DNA from: Spirochaetaceae bacterium
GTDB lineage: Bacteria; Spirochaetota; Spirochaetia; DSM-2461
Reading direction: 5' to 3'
DNA: 14,748 nucleotides
Assembly (NCBI GenBank): GCA_051531975.1
Contig: JAOPTT010000025.1
Span: 1 to 14,748, forward strand
In this document: piece by piece, positions 7,917-14,748 of the stretch
How positions within the stretch are numbered: position 1 is the first letter of the stretch
Layout: the number at the start of each line of letters is the position of its first letter
Position numbers and translations under genes: made by a program
Notes under the pieces: generated by a model
Told to the model about the DNA's origin: nothing
Databases searched by the model: none
What the model saw: only the letters and a program-made list of their open reading frames with translations

Positions 7917-10900
7917 TTATGGCTTAAGCATCGAAATTCTATCTCTAATAAACTCAGACTTCTCTTTAAGACCAATATTAGGATCAACTTCCATCGTTAA
8001 ATAGTTAGGTCTAGACGGATTGTATCGAACTTTTCCTTTACTTATTGTTATTAATCTTAGAACCCTATCTGGTTCAATTGCAGTTAATTTACCAAACTCA
8101 ATATCAAGAACGTTCTTTCTTTCTATTATGCTTCTAATCCATAACTCTTTACAAACAATTTTAATTTCTGCCATAGATAATAGACTTAAAATCTCCTCTG
8201 GTAGAGGTCCAAACCTGTCATATATCTCTTTATGTACACCTTCAAGTTCTCCATCGTTATCAATACCAGCAATTTTTTTATAAATTTCCATCTTTTCACT
8301 TTGGCTAGTAATATAAGTTTCTGGTATAAAACCAGTATAACTAAGCTCTAAATAAACATCAGGTGCTCTCTGTTTACTATTTGGAGACCTATCAATTACT
8401 GCTTCTTCTAATAACCTTAAGTACATATCAAAACCAACAGTATGAATCTCACCAGATTGTTCCCGTCCAAGGAGATTACCAGCTCCACGAACTTCCATAT
8501 CTTTCATTGCAATTTTAAATCCAGCACCAAGTTCAGTAAAATCTGAAATTATCTGTAACCTTTTCATAGCTATATCTGATAGAGCTAACTTCTCTGGATA
8601 TAACAGATATGCATAAGCTTGTTTTCCACTTCGCCCAACTCGGCCTCGTAATTGATATAACTGTGAAAGACCATAAGTATTCGCTTTATCGATTATTATA
8701 GTATTCACATTTGGAATATCAATTCCATTTTCGACAATTGTTGTAGATACTAAAACTTGAAATGCTCCTCTAATAAAACGGTGCATAATATCTTCAAGAT
8801 CTGTAGGAGCCATCTGACCATGGGCAGTTTCTATCAATACTTCAGGCATAAGTTTTTCTAAAAAGAGTCTAACAGAATCTAAACTTTCAACTCTATTGTG
8901 TAAAAAGAAAACTTGACCACCCCTATCAACTTCACGCCTAATAGCTTTAACAACAACCTCTTCGCTAAATTCCTGTACAAATGTTTCAATTGGTTGCCTA
9001 TTATATGGAGGTGTTTTTAGAACAGACATGTCCCTTATTTTTACTAAAGACATATGTAAGGTTCTTGGAATAGGTGTTGCCGACAGTGCTAAAGAATCAA
9101 TTGAATGTTTTATATTTTTTAATTTCTCTTTATCTTTAACCCCAAATCTTTGTTCCTCGTCTACCATTACAAGACCTAACTTTTTATATTTAACATCTTT
9201 AGATAAAAGTCTATGTGTACCAATAACGATATCTGTTTCACCACTTTCAATTTGTTCTAATGTTATTTTTTGATCTTTTTTAGTTACAAATCTCGACAAC
9301 ATCTTAATTTTAACAGGAAATTGTTTAAATCTTTCAATAAAATTCTCATAATGTTGTTCAGCTAATATTGTAGTCGGACATAAGAATGCAACCTGTTTTC
9401 CACCCATAACACCCTTAAAGGCTGCTCTCATTGCAACTTCAGTTTTACCAAAACCAACATCTCCACACAAAAGTCTATCCATTGGTTTTGGTCTTTCCAT
9501 ATCTGCTTTAATTTCAGAAATTGCGGTTAATTGATCAGATGTTTCTTGGTATGGGAAAGATGCTTCAAAACCTAATTGAAAGTCGTCATCTGTAGGAAAT
9601 GAAAAACCGACTGCTTTTTCTCTTTTTGCATATAATTGAATTAGCATATCTGCTAGATCTTCAACACTTTTTCGGACTCTATTTTTTTTCTTAGCCCAGC
9701 TTTTACCACCAATTTGGTCAAGTTTTGGTTTTTTACCCTCTTGTCCTATATATTTTTGTACAAGATTTACCTGCTCAATTGGAATAAAAACGGTCTCTTC
9801 TTCAGCATATAATAGTGTAATGTAGTCTCTCTCATTTCCAGCAACGGTCATTCTTTTAATGCCTTTAAAAAGACCAATACCATGATTTACATGAACAACA
9901 TAATCACCAGGGTTTAGCTCAACAAATGAATCTATAATCTGAGATTTAACTTTTCTTACAGCAGTAGCAGTACGTTTTCTACGACCAAAAATCTCATTCT
10001 CTTGTATTACAGCAACTTTAAGGTCTGGTAAAATAAACCCTGAAGATATTCCTTCGGCAATTACTTTAACATTAAAACCCTTAAGCATATGAGATATTCG
10101 TTCAGCTTGGGATTCACTTTCCGCAAATATAAACACAGAATAACCATTATTATGATACATCTGAAGTTCTTCTTTTAAATAATTAACATTTCCAAAAAAT
10201 GAACGCCCTGTTTCACATACAAAATCCACATTTAATTTTGCTGTATGGTCAAACTCTTGTTTTAATGCTGGTAAAAGAACTCTTCTTTGTGTCTGATTAA
10301 ACAGTTCCTCGTATCTAGACATTACATCTTTAGGAGCTGGAACAACCATTTTAGTGGCAAGAGCTTTTGTATATAACTCTAAATACTCTTTATCTAAAAC
10401 GTCACTTCTTGCACTTAAAGATTCAGGATTGATTAGATAAACTGGAGAATCGATATCCAAATAATCCAGTATTGAATATGTTTTATCAAAACTTAGTGGA
10501 TATAATAGCTCCTCACCTCTTAATTCTCTAAACTCTCTAAGTTTATTTATGATTCCAGAAGAATCGCCATCATAACAAACTTGAATATTTTTTTCCAAAA
10601 CATCTATTCTATCATCAGACCATGTAACTTCTTTAGTTGGATAAATTACAACACTCTTTACTTTTTCTGTTGATATCTGGCTAACTGGATCAAAGAATTT
10701 TATCTCTTCAATTTCATCAAACTCAAATACAACTCTAACGGCTTCATTTACTCCAGGAGGATAATAATCTAAAACTTCTCCTCTTAGGGCATATTCACCA
10801 TGAATAGTTACTCTTGGGACCTTATTATAACCAAATTCACTTAACTTTTTATCAATATCATAAATATCAATATCGTCTCCAACCTTTAATTCCTCTTTTA

Positions 10901-11321
10901 TAGGATCAAGATATGACGGATCAGGTAAATTTGTAATAAAACTACGTAATGAAACTATAGTAATCACTTTTTTTTGATTTAATATTTTATTTAAACAATC
11001 AACTCTTCGACCAAAAATTTGTGAGCCTGGAGATATACCTTTATATAACATAGTCCCCCACCAAGGAAGTATTTGAACGTTTTTAGTGAGTAGACTTAAG
11101 TCGTTATATAAAGTTATAGCATCCTGTTCTGAGGGTACTACAACTAGAGAGTTCTCTTTTGTATATCTATTTAAAGAAGATAATATAAAAGTAGCAAAAC
11201 CACCTCTAATTCCTGTAATCTCTATAGGAAAATCTCTATCAATGAAAGCTGATGAGACCTTATTATACTCTTGACTCTTCTTAAGAAGTGATAATATTTT
11301 ATTTTCTAATAATGAAACCAT
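7917..11321 (-). CDS. mfd: Transcription-repair coupling factor Mfd
   Basis: 1134 aa. UvrB-homology region (GEYALRGEVLD), RNAP-interacting domain (GDYVVHVNHGIG), SF2 helicase motifs GDVGFGKT, DEEQRFG, SATPIPRT and QLRGRVGR, TRG motif DMEVRGAGNLLG, and C-terminal TRCF domain (DRFGPLP). Confidence 0.98.
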   Translation of the reverse strand: MVSLLENKILSLLKKSQEYNKVSSAFIDRDFPIEITGIRGGFATFILSSLNRYTKENSLVVVPSEQDAITLYNDLSLLTKNVQILPWWGTMLYKGISPGSQIFGRRVDCLNKILNQKKVITIVSLRSFITNLPDPSYLDPIKEELKVGDDIDIYDIDKKLSEFGYNKVPRVTIHGEYALRGEVLDYYPPGVNEAVRVVFEFDEIEEIKFFDPVSQISTEKVKSVVIYPTKEVTWSDDRIDVLEKNIQVCYDGDSSGIINKLREFRELRGEELLYPLSFDKTYSILDYLDIDSPVYLINPESLSARSDVLDKEYLELYTKALATKMVVPAPKDVMSRYEELFNQTQRRVLLPALKQEFDHTAKLNVDFVCETGRSFFGNVNYLKEELQMYHNNGYSVFIFAESESQAERISHMLKGFNVKVIAEGISSGFILPDLKVAVIQENEIFGRRKRTATAVRKVKSQIIDSFVELNPGDYVVHVNHGIGLFKGIKRMTVAGNERDYITLLYAEEETVFIPIEQVNLVQKYIGQEGKKPKLDQIGGKSWAKKKNRVRKSVEDLADMLIQLYAKREKAVGFSFPTDDDFQLGFEASFPYQETSDQLTAISEIKADMERPKPMDRLLCGDVGFGKTEVAMRAAFKGVMGGKQVAFLCPTTILAEQHYENFIERFKQFPVKIKMLSRFVTKKDQKITLEQIESGETDIVIGTHRLLSKDVKYKKLGLVMVDEEQRFGVKDKEKLKNIKHSIDSLALSATPIPRTLHMSLVKIRDMSVLKTPPYNRQPIETFVQEFSEEVVVKAIRREVDRGGQVFFLHNRVESLDSVRLFLEKLMPEVLIETAHGQMAPTDLEDIMHRFIRGAFQVLVSTTIVENGIDIPNVNTIIIDKANTYGLSQLYQLRGRVGRSGKQAYAYLLYPEKLALSDIAMKRLQIISDFTELGAGFKIAMKDMEVRGAGNLLGREQSGEIHTVGFDMYLRLLEEAVIDRSPNSKQRAPDVYLELSYTGFIPETYITSQSEKMEIYKKIAGIDNDGELEGVHKEIYDRFGPLPEEILSLLSMAEIKIVCKELWIRSIIERKNVLDIEFGKLTAIEPDRVLRLITISKGKVRYNPSRPNYLTMEVDPNIGLKEKSEFIRDRISMLKP

Positions 11322-11339
11322 ATAAACATCCGATACTAT
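11310..11339 (+). promoter_or_regulatory. Sigma28/FliA-like promoter
   Basis: TAAT (11310-11313)-N15-TCCGATAC (11329-11336), compared with consensus TAAA-N15-GCCGATAA. It overlaps the mfd start region on the opposite strand. Confidence 0.4.
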
Positions 11340-11371
11340 ATAAAGATAACACTACCAAGTATGGAGAGATC

Positions 11372-12313
11372 ATGCTAAAAAAAATTATAATAACTTTGAT
11401 AATACTTTTTGCAACAACATTTATATATGCTGATGATAGTAATATTCAGTGTACTATACGATATTTTAACAAAACAATTTATTATCCTAATAAAAGTATA
11501 CCTGTTAAGTTACTTATTCAGAATAATACAATGTTACCCAAAACATTTGATATTGCTGATCAACGATCATTTAACGTCGATTTTGTTGTTGAAACTCTAC
11601 AAAAAGAGAGACTTCCTCATAGAGAGAAATTTATCATAGCACGGAACACAAATCAACCTGTATTTGTAAGAGAAGTTAGATTAGAACCAGGAGATGAATA
11701 TAATTTTATAGTTGACCTTGCTCAATATATTGTTATTGATACCCCAGGACTATATAGAGTGACAGCAAATTTCCAGACTGAAGTTAATAGTGGAAACAGA
11801 TCAGAAATATTATTAAGTAATACTTTAGTACTTTCTGTTATGGATGGAACTGATAATAAAACTGAAGAATTATTAGCTAAAAAGATAACTACACAAACAT
11901 TAAAACTAGAAGCTCTATCTCCAGATGAAGTTGTTGAATATACAATTTTAGCAAGAGCTAGATCTCAGTGGAACAAATTTTTCTTATATCTAGACTTAGA
12001 CAGAATATTTTTAAATAGTGAAGAAAGAGAAAGAAAGTTTAAAAGAGCAAGTGAAGAAGAACAGTTAACAATGATAGAAAACTTCAAAAAAGATGTTATG
12101 GAAGGTAATGTTGAAAGTAATATGATTGCAGTACCATACACATATGAAATTACAAATACCGAATATACTCCAACAGAGTCTAAGGTAGTAGTATATACAA
12201 AATTTAAATTTCCAGATTATACAGAAAACAAAAAATATATTTATCATCTAACTAAAAATGATATGGTTTGGTACATAACTTCATACGAAGTATTAAATCT
12301 AGGTACTGAATAG
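11372..12313 (+). CDS. Secreted/periplasmic hypothetical protein (possible Ig-like N-domain plus NTF2-like C-domain)
   Basis: Start moved from 11288 (which overlaps mfd) to ATG 11372, which has GGAGA at 11363-11367 and a clear Sec signal peptide MLKKIIITLIILFATTFIYA/DD, giving 313 aa. Fold guesses come from patterns such as LEPGDEYNFIVDL...PGLYRVTA and YIYHLTKNDMVWYI. Confidence 0.8.
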   Translation: MLKKIIITLIILFATTFIYADDSNIQCTIRYFNKTIYYPNKSIPVKLLIQNNTMLPKTFDIADQRSFNVDFVVETLQKERLPHREKFIIARNTNQPVFVREVRLEPGDEYNFIVDLAQYIVIDTPGLYRVTANFQTEVNSGNRSEILLSNTLVLSVMDGTDNKTEELLAKKITTQTLKLEALSPDEVVEYTILARARSQWNKFFLYLDLDRIFLNSEERERKFKRASEEEQLTMIENFKKDVMEGNVESNMIAVPYTYEITNTEYTPTESKVVVYTKFKFPDYTENKKYIYHLTKNDMVWYITSYEVLNLGTE

Positions 12314-12316
12314 TTT

Positions 12317-12979
12317 ATGAAGTTATTATATTTAAGCAAAGAAATATTTTCAAATAAACACCGATCTCTATTTAAGTCTCTTGGAATAGAGACTGTGCAT
12401 TATAAAAACCCATTAAAAGCTATTGATAATCTACATGAGATTGAGCCTAATATACTCTATTTATGTAAAGATGATTTTCCAAGATTATGGAAAATTGTAT
12501 TGTCTGGAGTTAGAGATATTTTTTCTAATGAAGAGACCATCTTTATTTTAGAGGGAAAATTAAATGAGGATGAAACCAAAGCTTTTGATTTTTTAAAAGG
12601 CTCTTTATTGATATCAGAATTAGAACCTAAAGCTATAAAAGAGGCAATATTAGGTAAATTCCCTGTATCTTCGAATACTGATTCATATTATCCTACTAGT
12701 GGGGAGATTGGTCTTGGATTTATTAATCCAGATGATTATGCATTTATCAATGGTCAGATTTCTTTATTAACAAATAGTGAGCTAAATTTCACCCCAGAAA
12801 ATATAGAAGATCTTAATAACTTAGCTGTAGGTACAATAATAAAAGAAGCGTCATTAAGTTATGGAGACTTAGTTGTAACTCTACAAATAGAGATTAAAAA
12901 CATAAACTCAGAAATTATATTTTTATTAAAGGATAATTCTGATGAATATCAAAAGCTAGTATCCAAACTATTTGTATAA
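12317..12979 (+). CDS. Hypothetical protein: pseudo-receiver-like N-domain plus degenerate PilZ-like C-domain
   Basis: 220 aa, starting 3 nt after the upstream stop (operon-like). HYKNPLKAIDNLHEIEPNILYLCKDDFPRLWK resembles a spirochete family I recall being annotated as PilZ-domain proteins. The C-terminal half is beta-rich. Confidence 0.65.
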   Translation: MKLLYLSKEIFSNKHRSLFKSLGIETVHYKNPLKAIDNLHEIEPNILYLCKDDFPRLWKIVLSGVRDIFSNEETIFILEGKLNEDETKAFDFLKGSLLISELEPKAIKEAILGKFPVSSNTDSYYPTSGEIGLGFINPDDYAFINGQISLLTNSELNFTPENIEDLNNLAVGTIIKEASLSYGDLVVTLQIEIKNINSEIIFLLKDNSDEYQKLVSKLFV

Positions 12980-13000
12980 AATTCTATTATATAATATAAT
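12972..13000 (+). promoter_or_regulatory. Candidate sigma70 promoter of metK
   Basis: TTGTAT (12972-12977)-N17-TATAAT (12995-13000), with RBS GGAG at 13022-13025. Confidence 0.5.
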
Positions 13001-13033
13001 ATTCTCAAAATTAATTTACATGGAGACATATAG

Positions 13034-14212
13034 ATGGCAATAAGAAAAAACTATACTTTTACATCTGAAAGTGTTGGAGAAGGACACCCAGATAAAGTAT
13101 GTGACCAAATATCCGATGCTATATTAGATGCAGCTTTAACAAACGATCCTGATTCTAGGGTTGGTTGTGAATGTTTCGCATCAACTGGAATGGTACTTGT
13201 TGGTGGAGAAATGACCACTAATAGTTATATAGATATAATAAAGACTGTTAAAGAAACCTTAAAAAAAATTGGATATAATAACTCTGAATACGGTATAGAT
13301 CACCAAACATGTGCTGTATTATCAGTAATAAATGAGCAATCATCAGATATTTCCCAAGGGGTTACCGCTGGTTCAGGTCTACATAAAGAACAAGGTGCTG
13401 GGGATCAAGGAATGATGTTTGGTTATGCATGTAAAGATACACCAGAATTAATGCCTGCACCAATTTTTTACTCACACGAAATAATGAAGCAAGCATCTCT
13501 TGTTAGACACAATAAAGTTCTAGATTTTTTAAGACCAGACTCAAAATGTCAGGTTAGTGTTGAATACAAAGATGGAAAACCATTTAGAATTCCAGCTGTT
13601 GTACTTTCACATCAACATGATGATTTTGTAAATGGTAGAAAGATTACATATGAAGAGATTAAAGAAGGATTAATTGAAGAGATTGTAAAAAAAGCTCTTC
13701 CTGCACACTTAATTGATCAAAATACTATTTTTCATATGAATCCTACTGGTAGATTTGTTATTGGTGGTCCTCAGGGTGACGCAGGATTAACTGGTAGAAA
13801 AATTATTGTAGATACTTATGGTGGAGCTGCTGCACACGGTGGTGGTGCATTTAGTGGTAAAGATCCGTCTAAAGTAGATAGGTCTGCAGCATATATGGCT
13901 AGATATATTGCAAAAAATTTAGTTAAGGCTGATATTGCAGATAAATGTGAAGTTGAATTAGCATACGCAATTGGTGTTGCTGAACCAGTATCAATATATG
14001 TAAATACATTTCAGACAGGTAAAGTTGATGATAGTTTAATTGAAACTGCAATTAGAGATAATTTTACCCTAACTCCTTCTGGAATAATTACTACATTAGA
14101 TCTAAAAAGACCCATCTACTCTCCAACTGCTGCATATGGACATTTTGGTCGAGCTGAGTTCCCATGGGAGAATACAGATATGGCACAAAAATTAAAATCA
14201 CAATTGTTATAA
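13034..14212 (+). CDS. metK: S-adenosylmethionine synthetase
   Basis: [63 protein letters not shown] and TAAYGHFGR. Confidence 0.99.
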   Translation: MAIRKNYTFTSESVGEGHPDKVCDQISDAILDAALTNDPDSRVGCECFASTGMVLVGGEMTTNSYIDIIKTVKETLKKIGYNNSEYGIDHQTCAVLSVINEQSSDISQGVTAGSGLHKEQGAGDQGMMFGYACKDTPELMPAPIFYSHEIMKQASLVRHNKVLDFLRPDSKCQVSVEYKDGKPFRIPAVVLSHQHDDFVNGRKITYEEIKEGLIEEIVKKALPAHLIDQNTIFHMNPTGRFVIGGPQGDAGLTGRKIIVDTYGGAAAHGGGAFSGKDPSKVDRSAAYMARYIAKNLVKADIADKCEVELAYAIGVAEPVSIYVNTFQTGKVDDSLIETAIRDNFTLTPSGIITTLDLKRPIYSPTAAYGHFGRAEFPWENTDMAQKLKSQLL

Positions 14213-14214
14213 GA

Positions 14215-14252
14215 AAAAGAGTTAAAAATATTGACACATTTTTAACTCTTTT
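14215..14252 (+). terminator. Perfect 15-bp inverted repeat after metK (probable terminator), overlapping the tRNA promoter
   Basis: AAAAGAGTTAAAAAT (14215-14229), loop ATTGACAC, ATTTTTAACTCTTTT (14238-14252). It starts 2 nt after the metK stop. The stem is AT-rich, so terminator strength is uncertain. Confidence 0.6.
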
Positions 14253-14259
14253 GTATATT
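14231..14259 (+). promoter_or_regulatory. Sigma70 promoter of the tRNA-Asn array
   Basis: TTGACA (14231-14236)-N17-TATATT (14254-14259), 21 nt upstream of the first tRNA. Confidence 0.8.
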
Positions 14260-14280
14260 ACTGCTTGTTGTTAGAAACAT

Positions 14281-14353
14281 TCTTCTATAGCTCAGTTGGT
14301 AGAGCGGGTGACTGTTAATCACTAGGTCGGAGGTTCAAGTCCTTCTGGGGGAG
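14281..14353 (+). tRNA. tRNA-Asn (anticodon GTT), copy 1; CCA not encoded
   Basis: Cloverleaf TCTTCTA-TA-GCTC-AGTTGGTA-GAGC-G-GGTGA-CTGTTAA-TCACT-AGGTC-GGAGG-TTCAAGT-CCTTC-TGGGGGA-G. Anticodon at 14314-14316. U1-A72 and G73 are typical of bacterial tRNA-Asn. Confidence 0.96.
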
Positions 14354-14361
14354 AAATTTTT

Positions 14362-14460
14362 CGATGAGAAAATATTTCTTGTTGTAATTTTTGTATTTTT
14401 CGATGAGAAAATATTTCTTGTTGTAATTTTAACTTTTTTCGATAAGAAATATTCTTATTG
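14362..14460 (+). repeat. Three hairpin repeat units in tRNA spacer 1 (39-nt period)
   Basis: CGATGAGAAAATATTTCTTGTTG at 14362-14384 and 14401-14423 (identical), and CGATAAGAAATATTCTTATTG at 14440-14460. Confidence 0.9.
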
Positions 14461-14463
14461 AAA

Positions 14464-14494
14464 AGTTTTGGTAAAAACTATAAATATACCACAT
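14464..14494 (+). repeat. Conserved 31-nt pre-tRNA leader (second copy at 14700-14730)
   Basis: AGTTTTGGTAAAAACTATAAATATACCACAT versus AGTTTTAGTAAAAACTATAAAAATACTACAT: 28/31 identical, and both contain an AGTTTT-N4-AAAACT hairpin. Confidence 0.85.
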
Positions 14495-14567
14495 TCTTCT
14501 ATAGCTCAGTTGGTAGAGCGGGTGACTGTTAATCACTAGGTCGGAGGTTCAAGTCCTTCTGGGGGAG
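14495..14567 (+). tRNA. tRNA-Asn (GTT), copy 2, identical to copy 1
   Basis: Same 73-nt sequence, starting 214 nt after the start of copy 1. Confidence 0.96.
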
Positions 14568-14575
14568 AAACTTTT

Positions 14576-14695
14576 CGACGAGAAAATGTTTCTTGTTTTA
14601 ATATTTGTTAATGAGAAAATGTTTCTTATTTAATTTTTGTTAATGAGAAAACATGCTTTGTTGAAATGTATTCGATGAGAAAATATTTCTAATCG
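14576..14695 (+). repeat. Four hairpin repeat units in tRNA spacer 2 (32-33-nt period)
   Basis: CGACGAGAAAATGTTTCTTGTTT (14576), TAATGAGAAAATGTTTCTTATTT (14609), TAATGAGAAAACATGCTTTGTTG (14641, degenerate) and CGATGAGAAAATATTTCTAATCG (14673). Confidence 0.85.
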
Positions 14696-14730
14696 AATAA
14701 GTTTTAGTAAAAACTATAAAAATACTACAT

Positions 14731-14748
14731 TCTTCTATAGCTCAGTTG
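14731..14748 (+). tRNA. tRNA-Asn copy 3, 5' part only (cut by window end)
   Basis: TCTTCTATAGCTCAGTTG is identical to the first 18 nt of copies 1 and 2 and is preceded by the same leader. The anticodon is not visible. Confidence 0.8.

Noticed and set aside
7806..11274. Small plus-strand ORFs at 7806, 8020, 9028 and 11086
   Set aside because: Antisense to trmB or mfd, short, with no protein-like features.
11288..11371. Longer N-terminus from the ORF track for the secreted protein
   Set aside because: It overlaps the mfd start. The SD and signal peptide support ATG 11372.
11409..12247. ORFs 11409-11639 (+) and 12065-12247 (-)
   Set aside because: Nested in the 11372-12313 gene in alternate frames, with no supporting signals.
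12980..13033. SAM riboswitch upstream of metK
   Set aside because: The intergenic region is 54 bp and very AT-rich with no S-box motifs, and the predicted leader is only ~27 nt.
14458..14486. Internal promoter before tRNA copy 2 (TTGAAA-N17-TAAATA)
   Set aside because: The -10 lacks the final T, and the -35 is not preserved in the equivalent position of spacer 2.
14362..14695. CRISPR array interpretation of the palindromic repeats
   Set aside because: Linkers are only 9-16 nt, U-rich and similar to each other rather than unique spacers. The repeats are degenerate and interleaved with tRNAs, and there are no cas genes in view.
14362..14695. Type III toxin-antitoxin antitoxin repeats or CsrB-like RNA
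   Set aside because: No toxin ORF is visible and the units are simple hairpins. They carry GAGA in the stem rather than GGA in the loop.
14731..14748. att site (partial tRNA duplication) of an integrated element
   Set aside because: The truncation coincides with the window end, the copy has the same leader as copy 2, and no integrase is present.

Overview
AT-rich bacterial chromosomal region, probably from a free-living spirochete. That assignment is inferred from a spirochete-type lipobox and two hypothetical proteins resembling Treponema/Spirochaeta families. Gene order: membrane protein (-), tex (-), a large ankyrin-repeat lipoprotein (+), a bidirectional terminator, citrate synthase (-), trmB (-), mfd (-), a secreted hypothetical (+), a pseudo-receiver/degenerate PilZ-like protein (+), metK (+), then a tandem array of at least three tRNA-Asn(GTT) genes running off the window end. 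The most unusual structure is in the tRNA array. The spacers are built from seven copies of a ~23-nt hairpin repeat whose substitutions preserve base-pairing. The tRNA itself carries five G-U pairs, and its promoter -35 box sits in the loop of a perfect 15-bp inverted repeat. Other signals are candidate leaderless promoters, a shared sigma28-like motif, a Rex/CRP-like operator and a hinge-repeat pattern in the ankyrin protein. No mobile element, CRISPR array or cas gene was seen.
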